Below are positions 23,313 through 35,747 of a DNA stretch of 64,000 nt, one piece after another (positions within the stretch are counted from its first letter, which is position 1; the number at the start of each line of letters is the position of its first letter). The notes beneath the pieces are model-generated. The model ran no database searches and had not been told where the DNA came from. It worked only from the letters and a program-made list of their open reading frames with translations. A program made the translations under genes and the position numbers. The DNA is taken from the NCBI GenBank assembly GCA_043228905.1, contig JBHGNT010000016.1, positions 12,152,001 to 12,216,000 of the forward strand. Direction: 5' to 3'. Source of the DNA: Azolla caroliniana (taxonomy: Eukaryota; Plantae; Polypodiophyta).

Positions 23313-26300
23313 ATGGGACTACGACAAGCGACCGAGCAGAAAAAAAAGCCGAACGAGGGACAATAGGTAAAACCTAATCGGAACAATTATATCTACACTT
23401 ACTATACCTCTTCCGACTCGGCTGCATGCCGACTGACTTGTAATAGAAATTTAGGATAATCTTGTAATCTAGATTTACGGGGGAGATAACCCCAAAAATT
23501 TGTATACGAAAGAAAGAGTAGTCCTTTTACGGGGGAGTTTGTTGGCATAAAAGCCAGACTCCTTCCAATTTGTATCCGTCCTAGTGTGAACTCATCCACA
23601 TAGTTAGGGCTTAGTATATAAGCAATAACCAAATGTTGTAAAGGAGAGCGAGAAACACATTGTATCATGTTGTTGTCCATGGGCTTGGAAAGTAAATTAG
23701 GAAATAAAAGGCCGCCGGTAGGTAGAAAAGTTAGTAAGGAAGTTGGTAAACAAAACGCAACCAAGTCTGAGCCTTACAATCAGCCGAGGTTGCAACCCTA
23801 GGTAGTAAAAGGCTATATAAACCAAGACCTTTGTACCTTGGAGGGGGGGATAGATAGATACTCTTAGGGAAATTATAGCTGATGAGTCCTTAGCACTACA
23901 TAGCTTTATTCCGGCCCAGGGCCGCGTACTGTAACCAAGGAAGGAAATCTCGATTTAATATATAACTCTTGCTGTTCTTCTTATTCGGTGATCTTTTCGT
24001 AATCATAAGTTTAAGCTATGCGCATGGTAAACAGTAATTGGTTGTGACTAGTATAATCTTCCTCCCCCATTTCCAAACTCAATCTCTGTTGAGAAGTAGT
24101 CTTCACATACCATGACACTTGATACCGATAGCCTCAGGGTTCATCGAAGGTGTTTATTCCAAGGAAGAGATAACACAATTTGGCATGCCCGGGTACAACT
24201 ATAAGGTCACAGTGAACTACGTAGGAGGCAACCCTTAGCCACCATTACAACGCCCAATTGCCTCACGCAGTTGCAATCCTCTACACCTGACACGCAGTCG
24301 CGAGTGGATTCAACACTGATTTGCCCGTCAAGCCCTTAACTGAACACCTGGATCTCGACAGCATGCCTTACCCTTACCCGCAATATATCTATGGCCCCGA
24401 CGTAGAATCACACATCCATGCATTCATGTCTACATGGTAAGCCAACCATTTGACGCAGCGGCTCACTGTTGCCGAGAACGAGTCTTCCAAAATCGCGGAA
24501 TTCACACTATCCCTCGATGGACCGGCCGCTCGCTGGTATTCTCACCTCGACCTGGGGGAGTTCGCAACGTTCCAAGATGTTCGCACTCAATTCCTCGAGC
24601 TTTTTCATCACGAAGTGCCGAATCGAGAACTGCTCTGTCAATTTTTTACCATTAACCAAGAACCCTAAGAGATAGTTGCCTAGTTCACGATTCGTTTTAA
24701 GGATCTTTACCGCCAGCTCGCCTAGGATGTCTCCGCACACGACATCCCGAATACCTTCCTCGCCGGCCTACGGGAACCTCTGCAGACAACCTCGCACTAA
24801 TCGACTTCTCCCAACAAACAATCGAGTAGGTAATTGCACATGTCATCGCAATCGATCGGACACAACACAACACAACTTTTTCCATGGGCTCACTGCAAAT
24901 CACTCTCCCTCCACAGGAGGACCACCGCTTCCGACAGGCTCTCCAATGCACGGCCTACTTGGGCTTTGGCCATTTAGCCATTGAGTGCCCTCACCGCCCT
25001 CATTGCCCAATCTACCATTCCCAGTTACATACGGTCGAACAATGTGAATACAATTTGCTCAACCGAACGACAACCGCCCCAGTTCGCCAGATCGAGCCTC
25101 GAAACAGTTACTCACACTAGGACGAGCGTCAATCCTACCATAATAGGGATAATGAGCTTCCATGATCATTGGATCGTCAACGATGGGACGACGATTACTG
25201 CTGCAATGACGACTGACATCGAGCCGACAACCGAAGGCGATCGGACGATGGCCATGATCGATATCGTGATGATCACTATCGAGCCAACGATGATTATGAC
25301 CGATACGATGACGACTGGGATGACCACTATGAACCGCGTTATTCACCAAACGATCATTGTAACTCCCATCAAGGTTCGCGAAATAATCAACAGCACTATG
25401 ACAATCGTCGCCAAGAACCTCCTCACTCCGAACCGCGTAGGTCCCTTCCCCACAATGAGCTGAGGAACAACGCGCCCCATGAACGGCCTTACACCTGGCC
25501 TACACGAGAGCCCAGGAATTGCTCACACTCTCCCCTATAGAATGATCGAAGAGAGACAAGCATCTCGATGTCGGTCACCTATTTCAAATGTAACCAAACA
25601 AGCCATTACGCTATCCAATGCCCAACCAATGACCGAGATAAGACACCGGCCGTGAATAGTATCAGGGCTGACGTTCAAAAGGTCACCACACATAGTAAAA
25701 CCTAGTCAACCCAATGGCAAATACAACACGAAGTCAGACAAGCTGCCAACGAATGGATCGACAATGCCAACAAATCCAACGTCGATTGGATGGAGACCGA
25801 GATGTAGGATATCACTATCAGGGCACCACAGTCCACACAACCATCCAACTTGGCCGAAGATGACCAGTTGTGGGACACTCTCACCAGCTCACGGATATCG
25901 CAGCCATTACATAAGCTGCTACCACTCATGCCATGATTTAGAGATACATTGGCTACGTTAACCTCCGATACGAAATCCACAACACTCCCTGTTCACCTGG
26001 CCAAGCTAGGGACGGGACCACCTCTCATGGATTTCCAGAACCCCGCCGTGACAATCATCATCAAGGGACGCGACCTTCACGGTTGCATCATCAATGGAGG
26101 CTCCGGTGTTAACGTAATCAGCAAGGCCACATGCCAAAATCTCGGTCTTACCCAATGAGAACCATGCCCCTTCTGGCTCGGGATGGCCGATACTCGATCG
26201 GTTCGCCCAATAGACTTAATCGGCCATCTCGACTTCATGCTAGGGGGCCATATGTTCACTATATCAGCAGTAGTCTTACGCCTCGAAGCCCCGGGGGCAT

Positions 26301-29300
26301 ACACAATGCTTCTTGGTCGTCCTTGGTTGCAAACAACCAACATTAAGCAACATTGGCAGCGCAACATGATCTCGTTTTGTCGAGGAAAGGCTAAGGTACG
26401 GCTAATAACGGAGGAACGTCTTCCCACGCCCCAAAACACCACTCCCTTATACACGGAAGGCGTGCACATGCTCGGCGGACTTGCAGAAGAGGAAGTGGAT
26501 CACTTCCTGGAAGAACATCCCACGATCATACCCCTCTTTGAAATAGACGTCATCTCGGCTATCAGCTCACCCGTGGCCGAGGTTGTCACAGAGGAATCAC
26601 TCCCTCAAGCCGGCCAGATACATCGACAATTGCTGAGTTACGCCACGCTCGTGACACATTTTGAACGGGAACTCGCTATCTACCAACGAGTCAAGATATC
26701 CACACTTGAGTCACTCAACCTTGGTTCCGACGAAAACCCGCGAACTCTAAAAATCGCCAACAACTTAGCGCCCGACGAACGGTTCGCACTAATACGGCTA
26801 CTTACAGAATACCAAGATGTATTCTCCTGGTCCTACACTGACATGAAGGGATTGGATCCCCAATATTACCAACACCAAAACGACGCTCGGTTGGGGCAGC
26901 AACGAGGTTATCGCAAGAATCCCAACTACGCAGCTAAAGTCAAAGAAGAGATCGATAAACTTCTCCGGGTAGGTTTCATACGACAAGTGAAAAGGGCCAC
27001 ATGGTTAAGCCCCATCGTCGTTGTCCCCAAGAAAAACGGGCAAATCCGAGTCTGCGTTGATTACCGTAAACGCAATGCCACGACGGTCACGAACACTTTC
27101 ACTCCCATTCACGGATAGTGTACTCGACACGGTGGCTGGCCACAATGCTACAGTTTTTTAGATGGATTCAGCGACTATAATCAAATCTGTATGCACCCAG
27201 ATGATCAAGGGAAAATGACATTTGTCATGGAATGGGGCGTCTTCATGGCCGAAGTTTAATCATGTTCGGCTTAAAAATGGCACCGGCTACGTTTCAACAA
27301 ATTATCACCGAGATCTTCGACGAATATATTTCGGGGTTCATGCAAGTCTTCGTCGACAACTTCGCCATATATGGCCAACAACTCGAACACCTGGCCCAGT
27401 CACGCTTCTGTCTTGATCGATGTCGCCAAGCTCGGCTGAGCGTACCTAGCAAAATGTGCATTTTTTGTGATAAGCGACAACCTCCTCGATCACATCGTCA
27501 GTGAGGAAGGAATCGCCAAGGATCCCGACAAGGTACAAGTCATCATGAATGCTCCTGCACCCTATACCGCTAAGGCCCTTAGCCCATTTTTGGGCCAAAC
27601 TAGAGCGCATAGCCGGATGTTACGACACTTGGCCGATTTTGCGACTCGAGCAACCCAGACACGATGACTAACAACATCATTCACTCCGTGTTAGACCTCC
27701 AGCACAATGGAGAACACGATGTCGAGGTCCTACCTCACACTATCCTCAAAGACTACTTCGGTTTATACTTGGTTTCTGGGAAGGCGTATCCTAGGTACAG
27801 AGGATCAAACAAGTTCTTTGGTGAAATCACTCAGATATTGATGGAATATGCCTTTGCGTATACAAACCCCACTAGCATGCCGCAAAAGAAGGCCGCCATC
27901 ATCATCAAGGCGTACCAAGGCGGGACCATGGACTAGGGAATCCTCATCGGCGAAGAAGTGTGACCGGCTTTGGGGTCCTTTCAATCTGGTAAGTGTTTTT
28001 TACCCGTACTGGCACAATACCTCAAGTTTCTATACCCACACCCCACGATTTCTCCTCGGTGTGCCCCCACATCTCCGACACCACCACCAAAAATGCGAAA
28101 ACAAAGGTCCTTGACGTTGAACCACGTCGAATGGGACGATGCCCCTAAGACGACTATCGAGGATGTCACCATACGGCAAAAGCCACCAAGCGTATCGGTG
28201 ACCTCACCACGGCAGAGCCCTCGCTCAACCAACCAGCAACCCTCGGGAGTACGGCCACCACGAATAAACTAGGCCGAGGTCGTGACACCAAACGCACTAG
28301 GGTCTCAGGACCCCCCGAAGAAGAAAATACTCCTAAATTACGAAACGACAGAAACCCCCGGGGGTAACTAACAATTCCAATCAAAGGAAGCACGTCCAAC
28401 TCCCGTAATCTCCACGACCACCACTGAAGTAGGGACCTCATCCCTCATCGGCAAAATCGAGCATGGGCAAACCACCCAAATATCGGAGGATGAAGTATTG
28501 GGTTAAAAGGACCTCCCCTTGGAGGCATATGAGCTCAGTGCTTTACTTCGGCTCGACACCACGTACGAATTGATGGACTTCCTTGTGCGCGCCCAAGTAG
28601 CTGCAACAACACGTATGGCTGAGGAGCAAAGATGAGTCAACGTGCCCTCATGGGAGAACTCGAACCTCACGAGGATCAAGCTCTGCAAAAGATCGGGCGG
28701 AAGAAGTAGGCAAAGAGCCCTCCTTTGCTCATGGAACGACTAGATTTAAACATGGCCCTAGTGGAGGCGTACCGGGATTTGGACCGCATGACTCGCAAGG
28801 CCAAACAAATGGCACGATGCAGCAAAACGGCCCAGAAGTAAGCAGAACGGGCTATCGAGCTGTGGCAGGCTTCCGAGCAAAGAATCATGGTGTTGGAGTA
28901 GCAACTTCACGACTGCCAACCCTTAGGCCTCCCACCTCCTAGCAGCAACTCCCACCACCCCCTCCACAAAACCCGATATCACATGTTGTAGAAACTGGAA
29001 CACAAATAGACGACACGGCCCACCCTGTGGTAACCATCGTGAAAGCATCGATGATGAGGGATTCGGTACAACATCCTATCGTCACGACTACTGAGAAATC
29101 TACAGAGACAGACAGGGCACCCCATCCCTAGACCATGGAAGCTTCTACTCAAACTGAACCTCCCTCACGAATCTACGAGGAAAGCTCAAAAGAGAACTGC
29201 GGGAACAAGCCGCAGAACGTGAAGCTGACCTCAAATGAGAACTCGAAATCTTAACAGTAAAGGAAACCAACCTCCAATCCACTTGCGAACACATTATTCG

Positions 29301-30282
29301 CTAATTCCAGCAAGAAGGCTAGACAATAAGGGAAGAATTGGAAGTCTGCCGTGCTCAACTCGGTATGGCCGAAACCAGAATCAAGGCATTGGTCGCCAAG
29401 CATTGGTCGCCAAGCATTGATAGCGGTTTAACAGTAAGATCGAGGAAACACTAGCCCGCGCATGGCAGGAGTGGTCGGCCCAAGCCGCTGAGCTACAAGT
29501 ATTGCGCGCGGATGCCGAGAATCGACGGAAGGAGGGCCGAGGATTTTACAAGATGGATGAGAACAACATCCAACTCCTCTGTGAAGACTTGACCGAGGAA
29601 TTCCATGCCTTAGCAAAGTCTCACACCACGGCAATCGAACAACTCCTCGAAGACTTTAACGATGATCATATGTTGTTTCGCATAGACGCCAAGGCTTATG
29701 AAGAAGACCGCTTAACCACCAAAAATCAAACCTCCACGGCCAAACTCCCACGACGGATGAAACAGAACTAGCGCTGGCCACAACATATACCATTGAAGCA
29801 CGCCAAGAGGGATCCGCCCTTGTAAACACCAACCCCACACCAAAATGACAAACCGAGAATACAATCTTGCCCGAGCCAGAACAAATAGGCGATACTCAAC
29901 GAGAAGCCACGACTACACTACACTCGGCAGAAATCTCCCTTTCACCAACTCTACCTCCGCCACCAGTTCCAAACTCAATGAACGTGGCCACATCTGAGGT
30001 TCCCCGTTCAGATCAAAACGATTAACGACACGCCCCCAAGGATATCCTCAGCATACTGGAAGAAGATGAAAAGAACCAATAGCCGTACTTGTATAAAGGG
30101 CATTTTGGTAATTTTGGCGCAATTAATTTTGTATCCTACCTTCTATAATCGTGGGTTTGACGGGCAAGGCCCTGTCCCACGGGCGTGCCAGGTGTTGTCC
30201 ATGGGCTAGAAAAGTAAATTAGGAAATAAAAGGCCACCGGTAGGTAGAAAAATAAGGAAGTTGGTAAACAAAACGTAGTCGA

Positions 30283-33200
30283 TGTTGCACACGGTGCTCG
30301 GCCACAACCGAGGAATAGGATCAACTCACAGAAAACGGGAAATACAAAGTGCACGAAGACAATAGAGAGAAGAGTACACAGGATGTTTTACGTGGAAAAC
30401 CCTAAATGGGAAAAACCACGGGAGTCCCCGAACTCCAACTATCACTATGCGTAGGGAATGTACAATGGCGAGCTGCAAGGCGACGACCTTGAGCTCGCTG
30501 TCCTCGCCACAGGCGGCGGTAATACACAGAGGCAACGACCTCTTCGTCTCTCTCTCTCTCTCTCTCACTCTCTCTCGGCTGCTCTCACTCTCTCTCACTC
30601 TCGGTGAGAAACAAGAAAAATGAGCAACAACAACAAACTGTTTGCCCTAAGTCATATTTATACACATATGACTTTCGGGCTATTTACAAATATAGCCTCA
30701 AGGGCCCTTGGCAAACATATTCACAAATATGTCCCCGCATCCGGATCTCTCTCCGGGTACATACGTCATCCGGCTCCGTAACCGGGGTCTTCATCATCCG
30801 GATCCGTAGCCGGGTACTCTTCATCCGGCTTCATGCCGGGTACTCTTCACTTCCGGTGAGTGCTCTCACCGGGCCTGTATCTTCATCCGGTTCCGTAACC
30901 GTAACCGGGCTTGCCGTCATTCATTTCCGGACATCCGACCATCCCATCCGGAGGGACCGTAATCCCAACAAACTCCCCCTTCACTTCGGCATGGGATGTC
31001 TCTCCAATCCGATCCTCTTCCGGCATGCTTCCAGCTTGTCGGGTGTGAGCACCTTAGTCAGCATATCCGACCCGTTCTCGTCCGTGTGGATCTTCGTCAG
31101 CACGAACTCCTTGTCTTCTATCCTTTCCCGGATCCAGTGATATCTTCGCTGGATGTGCTTCGTCCGGGAGTGATAGGCCGCGTTCTTCGCAAGGTGGATG
31201 GCACTCTGACTGTCGCAGTAGAGTCGGTACTCCTCCTGCTGGATACCGAGCTCTCTAATGAAGTCCTTCATCCATATTATTTCCTTGCCGGCTTCAACAG
31301 CCGCCATGTACTCCGCCTCCGTGGTTGACAACGCAACCGTCTTCTGCAGCCTCGACTGCCATGAAACAGCTCCCCCTGCATACGTCATCACATACCCTGA
31401 TGTGGACCGGCTGGTATCTGCATCAGCCGACATATCCGAATCGGTAAAGCCGTCGAGTTCGGGCTTACCGGAGCCGAATCGGAGGCACACGTTTGCCGTG
31501 CCCTTCAGGTATCGGAGTATCCACTTGGCCGCGTTCCAATGCTCTTTGCCGGGGTTGCTCATGTACCGGCTCACCACTCCGACTGCATATCCTATGTCCG
31601 GTCGGGTGCACACCATTGCGTACATCAAGCTCCCGACGGCAGAGGCATATGGTACTTTCATCATGTCCTCCTTCTCAGCCTTTGTCTTGGGGCTTTGCTT
31701 GCTGGACAGCTTGCAGTTTGTCGGGAGTGTTGACCCGACCGGTCTTGCCTCCGACATGTTGAACCGGTGAAGCACCTTTGTCATGTACTTCTCCTGTGAC
31801 AGCCACAACTGCTTCTTCTTCCGGTCCCGGATGATGTGCATCCCTAGTATTTGCCTCGCCGGACCCATGTCTTTCATTGAGAAGGTTCGGTGAAGTGCCT
31901 TCTTCAGCATCCGTATCTTGACCTGGTCTCGTCCGACGATCAACATGTCGTCCACGTACAGGAGGAGTATTAGAAAGTCTCCTCCTTCGAACTTCTTCAC
32001 AAACACGCAGTGGTCGGACTGCGTTTTGAGGTACCCTTCGTCGGTCATGAAAGAGTCAAACTTTCGGTACCACTGCCGGGGAGCCTGCTTCAAACCATAA
32101 AGGCTCTTCTTCAACCGGCATACCAAGTGCTCCTTCTCTTTCTTCTCGAATCCTTCCGGTTGCTGCATGTAGATCTCTTCTTCGAGGTCACCGTGAAGGA
32201 ATGCCGTCTTCACGTCCATTTGTTCTACCTCGAGGTCCATGCTTGCCGCTATGCTCAGCACCGTCCGGATGGAGGTCATCTTCACTACCGGGGCAAACAT
32301 CTCGTCGAAGTCGACACCCTTCTTCTGCTGAAACCCCTTCACCACGATCCTGGCTTTGTATCTCGGGGGGTTTCCGGCATCTCCCGGTTTCAGCTTGAAC
32401 ACCCACTTGTTACGGAGTGCCCGTTTTCCTTTCGGCAACTCCACAAGTTCATATGTGTGGTTCTCATGCAGGGAATCCATCTCCTCCTGCATGGCACTTA
32501 ACCACCTGCGGCTATGGGTGTCATGCTTCGCTTCTTCAAAGCTCTCCGGCTCCCCCTCGTCGGTTAGCAGCACGTGCTCTGGTTCCGGAAATCTCCGGGG
32601 GGCCCTTCTCTCTCTTAGAGGATATCTCTGTTCCGGAGCTTCGGTAACCGGTTCTTCCGATTCTTCTTCATCCGAATCCATTTCGGGATCGGGGCCGGTT
32701 CCGGTATCATTTTCATCTTCTTCGGCCGGTTCTGTTTCTTCACCGTCTTCGGCCGGATCTTCGAGTGTTAACCGGTCCCTTGCCGGTCGGGATTGCTCCT
32801 CGTAGAGTTTATCCTCTCCGGTCGACTTGGAGCTCTTCATCTTCTTCTCCGACTCCCAGTCGCCGAGTGTCTTGTTCTCCATGAAGATGATATCGCGACT
32901 CCGGAATATCTTCTTGTCGACCGGGTCCCATACTCGGTAGCCAAACTCGTCGTCGCCGTAACCGAGGAATATGCATGGCCGGGTCTTTGGATCTAGCTTT
33001 CCTCTCCGGTCCTTTACCACATGCACATATGTGAGACACCCGAATACCTTCAGGTGCCGGTAGGACACTTCCTTACCGGTCCACACTCTCTGTGGCGTGT
33101 CTCCATCCAGGGGTACTGAGGGTGATCTATTTATCACATATGTCGCCGTCGACTTTGCCTCAGCCCAAAATCCCTTGGGTAATTTCGCATGTGCCAACAT

Positions 33201-35747
33201 ACTCCGGACCCTCTCCGTTATGGTCCGGTTCATCCTCTCGGCCAGCCCGTTCAGTTCCGGCGTCTTCGGCACAGTAAACTCGAGCCGGATTCCCTTCGAG
33301 CGACAGTACTCTGTGAACTGCCCCCGGTATTCCCCTCCGTTATCCGCTCGTATCGCTTTCAGCTTCTTGCCGGATTCTCTTTCCACTCTCGCGTGGAGTT
33401 CTTTGAAGACGGACAATACTTGGTCCTTTGTCTTCAACGGTGCCGTCCACAGCTTCCGGCTGTGGTCATCTATGAATGTTACGAAGTACTGGGCTCCGCC
33501 ATGTGACTTCGTTTCTACCTGACACACATCAGTGTGTACCAACTCCAATGGTACACTACGTCTCATCGGTGGTCTTGAGCGGAAAGAGGTCCGGTTTTGC
33601 TTACCGGCCAGACAATCGGTACACTTCTCCAGGTGCACATGCTTCACTGGAATGAGGTTGTCATCTGCAAGCCTCTTCATCCCCTTCTCACTCATGTGGC
33701 ACAGTCTCTTGTGCCATAGCTCACCGGCAGTGTCGGCTGCCACGTTCAGCTCTTCCGGACATAACCGGGCATTCATCAGGTACAACGTGTTAACTTTCCG
33801 GGCCCGAGCCACTATCAGACTCCCCTTGCTGAACTTCATTACGCCGTTCCGGATGCTACCCGTGTAGCCTTCATCGTCTAGCCTCCCGGCCGAAATCAGG
33901 TTCAATCGAACCTCCGGAACGTGTCGGACATCCTTCAGCAGCATCTTGCATCCGGTTGATGTCATCAGCCACACGTCTCCTATGCCGGCAATCCGGCATG
34001 TACCTTCATTTCCCATCCGGACACAGCCGTGCTCCCCGGCTGTGTAGGATGAGAAGTATTTCTTCTCCGGGGTCAGGTGGAACGACGCTCCGGAATCGAC
34101 CACCCAGGTCATCTCTTCACCGGCAAGGTTCAGCTCCCTCTCTTCGGTAATGAGCATTATCTCTTCTTCACTTGCCGCGAGTGCCGTCGTTCCTTTCCGG
34201 TCCTGCCCTTGCCGATCCGGACCTCTCCGGTCCGTGGCTCCCCGGTATGCACCGTTTCTCTCCGGTGACTTCTTCGAATCGGTGTCGTCGGCTCCGTTGT
34301 CTTTTCGGTAATGCCGAGAATTCTTCCGGAAGTGCCCCGGCTTCCCACAGTGGAAGCATGTGGGTCTTCCTCTTGACTGCGACCGGGTCCCCGACTTCTC
34401 CCGTCTTTGCGGACTCCGGTTCCATTGTCTTCCCCGTTCCGATTCGGTAAGCAGCGCCTTCGAGTCGGAGGCCGGTTCTTTATCTCTCCGACGCGCTTCT
34501 TCGTTCAAAATACTTGTCTTTACCGTTTGTAGGGACAAGTTATCTTCGGTGCAGGAGGTGCTGAGAGTCACCACCAGGTTCTCCCAGCTTTCCGGTAATG
34601 TACACATCAGGATGATGGCTTGCATTGCATCCTCCAACGGGAACTTGATCGCCGCAAGCTGGTTCACGAATCCCATGAATGTGCTTACGTGTTCCACCAT
34701 ACTCTCGCCGTCGCGGTACTTGAGGTTCACTATCTTCCTCATCAGGGAGGTCCGGTTCAACGCATTCTTCCTCTCGTAGAGGCCCGACAGCTTCCGCCAC
34801 ATCTCGTATGCGTTGGTGTCGTTCGCCACATGTTGTAGAACGCTCACGTCGACGTATTGGCGAATGGTTGCAACGGCTTTCCGGTTCAGAAGCCTCCATT
34901 CCGTCTCAAGTACCCCCTTGGGTATTTCCGACCTGTCGATCGGTTCATACAGGTCCCGAACAATGAGCAGGTCCTCCATCTTTATCTTCCAGTCGGCGTA
35001 GTTCTGCGCATTCAGCACCATCATCCCCGGCTGCCCGCTGCTGCCGCCTTCCATTTTCTGCACTGCCGTCGCTCTGATACCAATTTGTTGCACACGGTGC
35101 TCGGCCACAACCGAGGAATAGGATCAACTCACAGAAAACGGGAAATACAAAGTGCACGAAGACAATAGAGAGAAGAGTACACAGGATGTTTTACGTGGAA
35201 AACCCTAAATGGGAAAAACCACGGGAGTCCCTGAACTCCAACTATCACTATGCGTAGGGAATGTACAATGGCGAGCTGCAAGGCGACGACCTTGAGCTCG
35301 CTGTCCTCGCCACAGGCGGCGGTAATACACAGAGGCAACGACCTCTTCGTCTCTCTCTCTCTCTCTCTCACTCTCTCTCGGTGAGAAACAAGAAAAATGA
35401 GCAACAACAACAAACTGTTTGCCCTAAGTCATATTTATACACATATGACTTTCGGGCTATTTACAAATATAGCCTCAAGGGCCCTTGGCAAACATATTCA
35501 CAAATATGTCCCCGCATCCGGATCTCTCTCCGGGTACATACGTCATCCGGCTCCGTAACCGGGGTCTTCATCATCCGGATCCGTAGCTGGGTACTCGTCA
35601 TCCGGCTTCATGCCGGGTACTCTTCACTTCTGGTGAGTGCTCTCACCGGGCCTGTATCTTCATCCGGTTCCGTAACCGTAACCGGGCTTGCCGTCATTCA
35701 TTTCCGGACATCCGACCATCCCATCCGGAGGGACCGTAATCCCAACA
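30283..35747 (-). mobile_element. Full-length young Ty1/Copia (Tork/Tnt1-like) inserted in the Gypsy 3' LTR
   Basis: LTRs 30283-30970 and 35086-35747 (about four substitutions plus a CT-microsatellite indel), TSD GTCGA, PBS TGGTATCAGAGCG 35070-35082, PPT 30971-30983. Confidence 0.97.
30981..35054 (-). CDS. gag-pol: Copia Gag-Pol polyprotein, 1357 aa (gag, protease, integrase, RT, RNase H)
   Basis: Uninterrupted ORF from the first ATG after the PBS; DSGAS, WHKRLCH, HTDVC/ADNGGE/GLAER, QMDVKTAFLHG, YVDDML, FTDSD. Confidence 0.95.
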   Translation of the reverse strand: MEGGSSGQPGMMVLNAQNYADWKIKMEDLLIVRDLYEPIDRSEIPKGVLETEWRLLNRKAVATIRQYVDVSVLQHVANDTNAYEMWRKLSGLYERKNALNRTSLMRKIVNLKYRDGESMVEHVSTFMGFVNQLAAIKFPLEDAMQAIILMCTLPESWENLVVTLSTSCTEDNLSLQTVKTSILNEEARRRDKEPASDSKALLTESERGRQWNRSPQRREKSGTRSQSRGRPTCFHCGKPGHFRKNSRHYRKDNGADDTDSKKSPERNGAYRGATDRRGPDRQGQDRKGTTALAASEEEIMLITEERELNLAGEEMTWVVDSGASFHLTPEKKYFSSYTAGEHGCVRMGNEGTCRIAGIGDVWLMTSTGCKMLLKDVRHVPEVRLNLISAGRLDDEGYTGSIRNGVMKFSKGSLIVARARKVNTLYLMNARLCPEELNVAADTAGELWHKRLCHMSEKGMKRLADDNLIPVKHVHLEKCTDCLAGKQNRTSFRSRPPMRRSVPLELVHTDVCQVETKSHGGAQYFVTFIDDHSRKLWTAPLKTKDQVLSVFKELHARVERESGKKLKAIRADNGGEYRGQFTEYCRSKGIRLEFTVPKTPELNGLAERMNRTITERVRSMLAHAKLPKGFWAEAKSTATYVINRSPSVPLDGDTPQRVWTGKEVSYRHLKVFGCLTYVHVVKDRRGKLDPKTRPCIFLGYGDDEFGYRVWDPVDKKIFRSRDIIFMENKTLGDWESEKKMKSSKSTGEDKLYEEQSRPARDRLTLEDPAEDGEETEPAEEDENDTGTGPDPEMDSDEEESEEPVTEAPEQRYPLRERRAPRRFPEPEHVLLTDEGEPESFEEAKHDTHSRRWLSAMQEEMDSLHENHTYELVELPKGKRALRNKWVFKLKPGDAGNPPRYKARIVVKGFQQKKGVDFDEMFAPVVKMTSIRTVLSIAASMDLEVEQMDVKTAFLHGDLEEEIYMQQPEGFEKKEKEHLVCRLKKSLYGLKQAPRQWYRKFDSFMTDEGYLKTQSDHCVFVKKFEGGDFLILLLYVDDMLIVGRDQVKIRMLKKALHRTFSMKDMGPARQILGMHIIRDRKKKQLWLSQEKYMTKVLHRFNMSEARPVGSTLPTNCKLSSKQSPKTKAEKEDMMKVPYASAVGSLMYAMVCTRPDIGYAVGVVSRYMSNPGKEHWNAAKWILRYLKGTANVCLRFGSGKPELDGFTDSDMSADADTSRSTSGYVMTYAGGAVSWQSRLQKTVALSTTEAEYMAAVEAGKEIIWMKDFIRELGIQQEEYRLYCDSQSAIHLAKNAAYHSRTKHIQRRYHWIRERIEDKEFVLTKIHTDENGSDMLTKVLTPDKLEACRKRIGLERHPMPK

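Noticed and set aside
30996-34838. Many plus-strand ORFs antisense to Copia pol
   Set aside because: Shadow ORFs of a GC-rich coding strand.
35055-35108. ORF-track start of the 1375-aa protein at 35108
   Set aside because: Non-ATG start inside the LTR, upstream of the PBS; the real start is the ATG at 35054.
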